This document shows positions 8,159-15,038 of a stretch of 64,000 bases of DNA, one piece after another. Position 1 is the first letter of the stretch. Every line of letters starts with the position of its first letter. The notes below the pieces were generated by a model. That model did not search any database, had not been told where the DNA came from, and worked only from the letters and a program-made list of their open reading frames with translations. Origin of the DNA: Polyangiaceae bacterium (lineage in GTDB: Bacteria > Myxococcota_A > Polyangia > Polyangiales > Polyangiaceae); NCBI GenBank assembly GCA_023150915.1, contig JAKLKA010000002.1:2338-66337 (forward strand). Direction: 5' to 3'. A program made the position numbers and the translations under genes.

Positions 8159-10135
8159 GACGATCCGCTCCCAGGCGGCGCGCTCGGCGTCGGTCATGGG
8201 CGGGTTCGGCTCGCCGCCGAACGGCAGCGTGCGCGCGGCCGGCGCGCCGCGGCGCTGAACCGCCAGCGTGGCGTGGTCGATGCGCGCGATGCGCTCGCGG
8301 GCGCCCAGCACCAGCGCCGACAAGTCTGGCCCGACGGCGCGGCGTGGCGCGGGGCGCACCACCAGCTGACGACCGGCGGGCAGCGTCGCGACGAAGCCCG
8401 AGAGAGTCTGCGCCACCGGATCGGCCCACGGGCTCGCGGCGCCGGGCATGCCCGCGGCGATCCACGCGGCCACCGTGCCCTCGCCCGGGGTGCCCAGCGT
8501 GAGCCCGCGCGCGTTCAGCGTGGCCTCGGCCGCGCCGAGCCGGGTGTCGCCCGAGAACGTCGCGAGCAGCGAGTGCTCGTCGATCGTGCCCGGCAAGAAC
8601 GGCGGCGCCGCGGAGGTTTCGCAAGCGGGTGCGTCCGCGCGCGGTGTCAGGTTGCCCGGGTTCATCAGGCCGTGGGGATCCCAGGCGCGCATCAGGCGCC
8701 TGACCAGCTCGACGCCATGGCCCAGCTCGTCACCCAGCCGCGGCGCTTTGCTTCGCCCCACCCCGTGGTGATGGCTGAGTGTGCCGCCCGCGGCGATGGC
8801 CGCGGTCATCGCCGAGCGCCACGCGGCCTCGTACTTGGCAATCGCCGCCGCGTCGGAGCCCGCCGTTCCCGAGAACGTGAAGTAGATGCTGCAGCCGTCG
8901 GGGTAGGCGTGCGACAGGTGGGCCATCACTAGGACGTGCTCGCCCAGGGCCTCGCGCACGGCATCGTAGAGCCCCGACAGCTTCGACCAGGGCGCAGCGA
9001 CTTCCATGGTGTCGCTGAACGCCCCCAGTCGGAACACCGGCGCCTGGCGATAGCTGACGCTGTAGCGATGGGCAAACCACTTGCGCGCAGGCCCCTCGCC
9101 CAGCGAGCGCGCGCCGACCCCCAGTGCAATGCGCGATGCTCGCTCGCAGTCGGCGTGGGCCTCTTCCGACGTGCCCTCGAACACCAGCACCATGGTCGCG
9201 CCGCCGAGCAGGTTGCCCTCGGCCGCCTGAATCACTGCGTTCAGCGCCCGCGGAACGGCGAGCAGCCCCCGCGCCAGACGCGACACGGCGCGACTCGCGG
9301 TCTTCGGTCCGTGGCGCTTCTTCCCCGACTTCACCGACCCGCTCTTCATGATCGCCGAGTCGATCGGGTCGTACAGGCGCGAGACCGCCGGCCGAAGCCC
9401 TGCCTGGAACATCTGCCGAAATGCGTCCCAACCCGACTCGGTGTCGGGAAACGAGAACGCGGCGTAGGCCCGGGCCGCCGGGGCCGGGTGCAGGCGCAGC
9501 GTGGCGCGGGCGATGGTGCACAACGTGCCCTCGCTGCCCACCACCAGCGGCACCATGCTCGGCCCGTCGAAGCGACGCTTCAGCGTGACCACGTCGCCCG
9601 TGCCCAGCACGCAGTCGACGGACACCACCATGTCCTCGATCTTTCCGTACTTGCCCGAGCACTGGCCGGCGCCGCGCGCCGCGATCCAGCCACCCACCGT
9701 GGAGCAGAGAATGCTCGAGGGGAAATGCCCGATGGTGTAGCCGGCACGCTGCACGTCTTCTTCCAGCGTGATCCCCATGGCGCCGGCGCCCACGTCGAGA
9801 GTGGGCCCCGCCGGGTCGATGCGGAAGTCGCGCATCTTCTTCACGTCGACCACGATGGTCTTCGGGCTGGGATCCACGCCGCCGCACACGCCGCTGCCGG
9901 CGCCGAATGGCACCAGGTTCAACCCTTCGTCGCGCGCGAAGCGCGCCAGCGCCGCCAGCTCTTCGGCGGTGGTCGGCCACACCACCGCGAGCGGCGGGCT
10001 CACCGCCGGCCGACCCGCGCGCGCGTCGAGCAAGCGTCGCGGCCAGAGGTCCCGCGAATACGCGACGCGGTCGGGGCTCGACGTGCTGACCGTGACGCCC
10101 GGCAGCGCGCTCTCGAGGGCACGGGTGACGTCCAC
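8144..10135 (-). CDS. FAD-linked oxidase (GlcD / alkyl-DHAP-synthase-like) with extra C-terminal PCMH-like half-domain
   Basis: FAD_binding_4-like N-terminus (VVWPTTAEELAALARFARDEGLNLVPFGAGSGVCGG) and C-terminal oxidase domain ending WDPHGLMNPGNL. A further ~190 aa follow, resembling a second degenerate FAD-binding half. Confidence 0.8.
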   Translation of the reverse strand: MDVTRALESALPGVTVSTSSPDRVAYSRDLWPRRLLDARAGRPAVSPPLAVVWPTTAEELAALARFARDEGLNLVPFGAGSGVCGGVDPSPKTIVVDVKKMRDFRIDPAGPTLDVGAGAMGITLEEDVQRAGYTIGHFPSSILCSTVGGWIAARGAGQCSGKYGKIEDMVVSVDCVLGTGDVVTLKRRFDGPSMVPLVVGSEGTLCTIARATLRLHPAPAARAYAAFSFPDTESGWDAFRQMFQAGLRPAVSRLYDPIDSAIMKSGSVKSGKKRHGPKTASRAVSRLARGLLAVPRALNAVIQAAEGNLLGGATMVLVFEGTSEEAHADCERASRIALGVGARSLGEGPARKWFAHRYSVSYRQAPVFRLGAFSDTMEVAAPWSKLSGLYDAVREALGEHVLVMAHLSHAYPDGCSIYFTFSGTAGSDAAAIAKYEAAWRSAMTAAIAAGGTLSHHHGVGRSKAPRLGDELGHGVELVRRLMRAWDPHGLMNPGNLTPRADAPACETSAAPPFLPGTIDEHSLLATFSGDTRLGAAEATLNARGLTLGTPGEGTVAAWIAAGMPGAASPWADPVAQTLSGFVATLPAGRQLVVRPAPRRAVGPDLSALVLGARERIARIDHATLAVQRRGAPAARTLPFGGEPNPPMTDAERAAWERIVSAAT

Positions 10136-10180
10136 AGGGTGCTTGTAACCCGCGCGCGCCAGGGCGTATACCTGCCAGCC

Positions 10181-10570
10181 GTGTCACCGAGACTCGTCTT
10201 TGGCGCCGTGGCCCTCGCGCTCGCGCTCGGCCCGGCCTGCGGCGGCGGTGGCAGCGCTGGCCAACCCGGAAGCAAGACCGGGTTGGCGGACGTCGATCGC
10301 CCCGCAAAGGGCGACGGCGACGACGCGCCCGACGGGGACGAAGCGTCGCCGGCCGTCGCTCCGCGTTGCGCGGACGGTACCTGCTTGGCGTGCGGCTCCG
10401 GCCTCTGCCCCAAGGGGTTCTACTGCGACGAGAAGGCGCCCGGTGGGCCCGCCTGCAGCTGGCTGCCCGAGTGCGCGCAGAGCGTCAGCTGCGCCTGCGT
10501 GAAGCAAGCGCTGGGCTCGAGCTGCAGCTGCACCGAAGGCCCGGCCGGCCCCAGCGTGACCTGCCCGTGA
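10181..10570 (+). CDS. Small Cys-rich lipoprotein
   Basis: Tail of ORF 8936..10570 from in-frame GTG 10181: VSPRLVFGAVALALALGPAC (lipobox), then a Cys-rich domain CADGTCLACGSGLCPKGFYCDE... Confidence 0.6.
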   Translation: MSPRLVFGAVALALALGPACGGGGSAGQPGSKTGLADVDRPAKGDGDDAPDGDEASPAVAPRCADGTCLACGSGLCPKGFYCDEKAPGGPACSWLPECAQSVSCACVKQALGSSCSCTEGPAGPSVTCP

Positions 10571-10598
10571 TGCGGGCGGCGCGGCCTTGGCGCTGGCG

Positions 10599-12581
10599 CT
10601 AAGGACGCTGAGCCAAGATCAAGATACGCGGCGAGCTGCCGCCGAAGAACACGCCGGGCGTGGAAGGGTGCCCGCTGGCTTCGGTCACGCGGAAGCCGGC
10701 GTCGTGCAGGATCTTTCCGAGCTCGTGCAACGAGTACAGCCGAATGCTGTAGCTGCACTCCATGGTGCGGCCGTCGTCCAAGATCAGCGAGCGCTTCACC
10801 TTCAGGCGGCTGGTGATGAAGTCCACCGCCATGTCGTCCATGCACACGCAGGCGTCGCCTTCGAACCAGGTCTGTGCCGGCTGATTGGCGACCACGAAGT
10901 CGCGGTTGGCAACGTCGAGCAAGAACATGCCGCCCGGCCTGAGCGCGCGGAAGATCCGCTGGGCCACTGCGGCGTTCTTCTCTTCTTCGAAGTAGCCGAA
11001 GCTGGTGTTCCAGCAGTAGATGCCGTCGAACATCTCTTCGAAGGCCATCTCGCGCATGTCGCCCTGAAGCAGGTTGAGCTTCTGCCCCGCGTCTTGCGCC
11101 ACGTCGGCGGCCACCGCCAGCTGATAGAGCGAGAGGTCGTAACCCACGACGCCGTAGCCGCGCTGTGCCAGCTCGACCGCGTGCTGCCCGCTGCCGCAGG
11201 CCAGATCGAGCATCACGCCACCCTTGGCCACCCCCAGCGACTCTTCGATGAAATCGGCCTCGTGGACGATCTGGCCGGGCTTGAGCTTGGCGTTCGCCCG
11301 GGCGAAGTCTTCGCCGAACAGCTCTTCCCACCACGCTTTGCGCTGCTTGGTGCGCTGCGCTTCCTTGGCCTCGGCCACCGACGGCGCCTTCGGTGCTTCG
11401 CGTCGCGGTGGGGGCGGTGGGGGCGGGGGCAGCGGCTTGTCGGCTTCGAGCTCCACCGCGACCTCGGGCTCGCTTTCGCGCTCTTCCGGCACCGCGATGT
11501 CGTCGTCGGTCAGCTCTTCGGTGGCGGCCTTTTCGTCGGCCGGGAACGAGATGTCGCCCGCGTCGACGGCCTCGGTCGGTTCGGCGCCCTCGTCCGAGGG
11601 GAACGAGATGTCGCTCTCGTCGAGCGGCTCGGGTGCCTCCGACACGGGCTTCGCCACGGCGGCCGCGTCGGGCGGCGGCGGGGGCGGCGGCGGGGGCGGC
11701 GGCGCGGGCGGGGGAGTCGAAGCACCCACGCTCTTCACGGCCTGCGCCTTCACCCCGATGACCCGCATCGGCTTCAGCGACGCAGGCATCGCCTCGGCGT
11801 CGGCATGCTCGTCGAGCACCACCGGCGGGGGCGGGTAAGAAGTGGCAGCAGGTTTGCCGGCCTCTGGCAGGGGATTGTGCGGCTGGGTCGGCGGCTCGGA
11901 CTCGTGACGGACCGCCGCGGGCGGCGCCGGCGGGGGGGGGGGCTGCGACACCGGGCGCGGCGGCTGCGACACCGCACGCGGCGGCTGCGACACCGGGCGC
12001 GGCGGCTGCGACACCGGACGCGGAGGCTGCGACACCGGACGCGGAGGCACCGAACCGGGCGGCGGCATGGGGCGCACCGCGCCCGCCTCGACCCGCTGCG
12101 TGGTCGGCTCGTCGAGATCCGAGACGTGGTCGAGCGGCTCGGGCGCTTTGCGCACGGTCTTCTCGAAGTCGTCGTCCTCGTCGAGCCGCGTCGTTGGCTC
12201 GTCCAGATCTGCGTCCGACAGTGACGGGGGTCGGGGCGGCTTGAGGGACTCGCTGGCGGGCGCGGCGTTCACCGCGGCCTCGTCGGCCGGGGGGGGCATG
12301 CTGGCCCGTGCAACCGGCGTCGCGGGGTCGGTCTGCATGCGCTTGCGCGGCGGAGGCAGCGGGGGCAAGGCGTCGGGCTCGATCTCTTCCCCCGGCTCGC
12401 TCTCGACCTCCACGTCGATCTCGACGTCCAGCTCCGACGAGATCTCGAGCCGCGGGGCCTCGACCTGCACCGACGCGGGTGGGATCTCGGGGGGAAGCTC
12501 GGGGATCGGAGCGATCTCGGGCTGCGACCCGATGTCCGGGATGCTCGGCGGCGCCTCGTCGTCCAGCTGATCGTCGCTCAT
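10599..12581 (-). CDS. Class I SAM-dependent methyltransferase with ~400-aa Pro-rich disordered N-terminal region
   Basis: C-terminal MTase fold with motif I VMLDLACGSGQHAVEL and LRPGGMFLLD; N-terminus rich in P/E/A with VSQPPRP repeats. Confidence 0.85.
   Translation of the reverse strand: MSDDQLDDEAPPSIPDIGSQPEIAPIPELPPEIPPASVQVEAPRLEISSELDVEIDVEVESEPGEEIEPDALPPLPPPRKRMQTDPATPVARASMPPPADEAAVNAAPASESLKPPRPPSLSDADLDEPTTRLDEDDDFEKTVRKAPEPLDHVSDLDEPTTQRVEAGAVRPMPPPGSVPPRPVSQPPRPVSQPPRPVSQPPRAVSQPPRPVSQPPPPPAPPAAVRHESEPPTQPHNPLPEAGKPAATSYPPPPVVLDEHADAEAMPASLKPMRVIGVKAQAVKSVGASTPPPAPPPPPPPPPPPDAAAVAKPVSEAPEPLDESDISFPSDEGAEPTEAVDAGDISFPADEKAATEELTDDDIAVPEERESEPEVAVELEADKPLPPPPPPPPRREAPKAPSVAEAKEAQRTKQRKAWWEELFGEDFARANAKLKPGQIVHEADFIEESLGVAKGGVMLDLACGSGQHAVELAQRGYGVVGYDLSLYQLAVAADVAQDAGQKLNLLQGDMREMAFEEMFDGIYCWNTSFGYFEEEKNAAVAQRIFRALRPGGMFLLDVANRDFVVANQPAQTWFEGDACVCMDDMAVDFITSRLKVKRSLILDDGRTMECSYSIRLYSLHELGKILHDAGFRVTEASGHPSTPGVFFGGSSPRILILAQRP
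11932..11942. repeat. Homopolymeric G11 tract (C11 on coding strand) inside the methyltransferase gene
   Basis: Counted directly: c + 9 g at 11931-11940, then gg at 11941-11942; encodes PPPP. Confidence 0.9.
11941..12066. repeat. 21-bp tandem repeat, 5 good copies plus 1 degenerate, encoding (VSQPPRP)n
   Basis: Units ggctgcgacaccgggcgcggc at 11941, 11962, 11983, 12004 and 12025, with a degenerate unit at 12046. Confidence 0.95.
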
Positions 12582-13402
12582 GCGGGCTTCAGCAGGGATT
12601 CGCCGTAACGGATCGGACCAACCGAACGGGCCAGGGTGATTCCAGGCTCCACCAGCAACACTGCGGTGGACCCCAAGTGAAAGACGCCGATCTCGTCGCC
12701 GCGCTTCACCGGCGCGGCAGGACGAACGGCATGGTCGCCGGGAGGAACGGCGGGCTCGTCGATCACGCTGACGCTGATCCGCCCTACGATGACCGCTCCA
12801 ACCATCACCACGTAGGCGCGACCCAGCCCCGGTGTGTCGATGGCGATGGCAACGCGGTTGTTGCGCACGAACAGGCGAGGCACGTGCCGCTCGCCGATCT
12901 TGTTCACCGGGTAGAGATCCCCCGGGATCCCGCGGACCAGGCCGATGGAACCGTCGACCGGCGAGTGGACCCGGTGGTAGTCGCGCGGCGACAGGTACAC
13001 CACGGCGAAGCTGCCGCCGGCGAAGCGCGCCGCGTCCCTGGGATCGCCCACCAGCTCGGCGACGTCGTAGGGCTGCCCCTTGACGAATACGCGACTGCCC
13101 GTGTCCACCGGACCGGTCGCTTCGATCACGCCGTCTGACGGGCTGACGATCACGTCGTCGCTGATCCGCCGCGCACCGGGCTTGAGCCCGCGGGTGAAGA
13201 ACGCATCGAAGGTGGGATAGGCCGCCGCCTCGGGCGCTGCCTCACCCATGTTGACGCGGTACACGCTCGCGTAGACCCGCTCGATGGCGCGCGACATCGG
13301 CGGCGCGAGCGGCTTCTCGCACAGTCGACCGACGGCTCGACTGATGCGCGTGCGTGGGAGCACTTTCAACAGCTGCGCGGCGGCGAAGGTGGCGGCACTC
13401 AC
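12578..13402 (-). CDS. psd: Phosphatidylserine decarboxylase proenzyme
   Basis: SPSDG...VYLSPRDYHRVHSP...VFHLGSTAVLL (LGST self-cleavage motif); 4-nt overlap with the downstream methyltransferase. Confidence 0.9.
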   Translation of the reverse strand: MSAATFAAAQLLKVLPRTRISRAVGRLCEKPLAPPMSRAIERVYASVYRVNMGEAAPEAAAYPTFDAFFTRGLKPGARRISDDVIVSPSDGVIEATGPVDTGSRVFVKGQPYDVAELVGDPRDAARFAGGSFAVVYLSPRDYHRVHSPVDGSIGLVRGIPGDLYPVNKIGERHVPRLFVRNNRVAIAIDTPGLGRAYVVMVGAVIVGRISVSVIDEPAVPPGDHAVRPAAPVKRGDEIGVFHLGSTAVLLVEPGITLARSVGPIRYGESLLKPA

Positions 13403-13505
13403 GAGAGGTCCTCAATCAGACAGCGCGAGCTCGACCGGGTCAGCGGAAGAGCCATCTGATTTCGCGCAGATGGGCGTTTGATGCTAGGCGCCCCCGGTCC
13501 GAGGG

Positions 13506-15038
13506 TCAATCTACCGGCAAGACCCGCGCGGCCTCGCAGAGCGCGCGCCGCCGTGGGTCCTGGGGGAGGGCCGGAAGCTCGGCACCCGGTCGGCGCGGGC
13601 GCCACTGGCCCTCGCATGCGACCTCTTCGCTCCACGGGTCCACCGCGATTCCCAGGCGAAATGCCCCCTCTGCCCCGCCCCGATCCCCGCCTTCGGCGCG
13701 GAATCGGCCGCTCAGGGCCTGCCACCCGCCGTGCACCGTGCGGACCTCTGCCTGGCCCCCCAGCGCGGCCTTTGCCTCGGGCATCCGGCCCGCGTCACAC
13801 AGCGCCCGGGCCCAGCGGAAACGCACCGAGGGCTCGGTGTCGAGGAGCTTGGCGGCCGCCGCCAGCTGCTGCGCGGTCGCCGCCGAGTGCCCGCGCGAGA
13901 ACAGCAGATCGCCGAGCCGCACGCGCCGCGCCGGATCGTCGCCGCGTGACACCGGCCCGGTGCGTGCCGGCGCCGCCGGCTCAGGGGGTTGTTCGAGCAG
14001 CCAACGCTGCCACCTGGGGATCCACTGAACCAGGTCGTACCCGGTCACGCTGCGCAACGCCGCGCCCGCGTCGTCACTGCCACTGCCCTTCAGGTCGGTG
14101 AGCAGCAGGTGCAGCGCCGAGACGCCGTTCTCGCGGATCCAATAGGCCACGAAGCTGGTCACCTCCGAGAACGCCGTGGCAGCCGCGTCGGGAGTGGGCA
14201 GCATCGCGATGGATGGGCCGAGCTTGTCGACCCCCACCGAGCGACCCGAGACGAGCGCCGCCCGCGCCACCGCGTCGGCCGACGGCGTGCCGTCCAGCGG
14301 ACGCGGATCGCGCCACCGGGTCTCTTCGCGCTTCGCCACGCCCTCTTGGAGCCAGAGCGGCGCGCGATCACGCGTCGCGCGGCTCAGTGCCAGGTGAGCG
14401 ATCTCGTGCGCCAGCGTGTCCTCCCACGGGTAGCCCAGGTGCGTGGCGCGCGGCGAGATCATCGTCACGCGGCCCCAGCGCGCGACCGCCACGGTGCCCG
14501 TGGTCTCGGCGGCGGTCACCGGCAGCCCCGAGATCGCCGAGAGCGTGAACAGATCGCGCACCAGGTCCATCCGCAGCGGTCGCGGAAGCGTCGTGCCCAG
14601 ATCCGCCTCGATGCGCTGCCGGGCACGCACGGCCACGTCCACGATGAAGGGAACCAGCGCGCGATCGGCCTCGTCTTGCAGGCGGATCCACACGCCGGCT
14701 TCGCGATCGTCGTGGACCAGGGCGCCGGCGGTGGCGCGTGCGCAGCTCTTCGCCAGATCGAACAGGCCCACGCCCTCGGGAGTCGCCCCCAGCTCGGCCG
14801 ACGCCAAGATGGCCGAGGCGGTGTCGCAATCCCCCAGATAGATCGCCAGCCGGGCGCGCTCGAACGCGATGGTGGGCGACGCCGAGTCGGTCTTCTCGAG
14901 CAGGCTCTTCGCCCGCTCCACGTCGAGCTCGGTGATGGCGTCGGCGATGGCCTGCGCGCGACTGGGCGCCTGCGCTCGAGCCAGCAGCGGCACCAGCAGG
15001 CCGAGGGCGACGACCCACGCAGCCAGAAGCGCCCTCAT
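13506..15038 (-). CDS. Secreted peptidase-MA-like (HExxH) protein with TPR-like C-terminus
   Basis: Signal peptide MRALLAAWVVALGLLVPLLARAQA; LAHEIAHLAL...PLWLQEGVAKREE resembles the Peptidase_MA_2 pattern. Confidence 0.6.
   Translation of the reverse strand: MRALLAAWVVALGLLVPLLARAQAPSRAQAIADAITELDVERAKSLLEKTDSASPTIAFERARLAIYLGDCDTASAILASAELGATPEGVGLFDLAKSCARATAGALVHDDREAGVWIRLQDEADRALVPFIVDVAVRARQRIEADLGTTLPRPLRMDLVRDLFTLSAISGLPVTAAETTGTVAVARWGRVTMISPRATHLGYPWEDTLAHEIAHLALSRATRDRAPLWLQEGVAKREETRWRDPRPLDGTPSADAVARAALVSGRSVGVDKLGPSIAMLPTPDAAATAFSEVTSFVAYWIRENGVSALHLLLTDLKGSGSDDAGAALRSVTGYDLVQWIPRWQRWLLEQPPEPAAPARTGPVSRGDDPARRVRLGDLLFSRGHSAATAQQLAAAAKLLDTEPSVRFRWARALCDAGRMPEAKAALGGQAEVRTVHGGWQALSGRFRAEGGDRGGAEGAFRLGIAVDPWSEEVACEGQWRPRRPGAELPALPQDPRRRALCEAARVLPVD

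Noticed and set aside
11640-11715. G-rich tracts (gggggcggcggcgggggcggcggcgcgggcggggg) as potential G-quadruplex
   Set aside because: One loop exceeds the usual 7-nt limit, and such tracts are common in poly-Pro/Gly coding regions of GC-rich genomes. Not distinctive.
13452-13473. Hairpin CCATCTG-N8-CAGATGG between the HExxH gene and psd
   Set aside because: Short stem with no U-tract on the transcribed (minus) strand. It could equally be chance, so it is not called a terminator.
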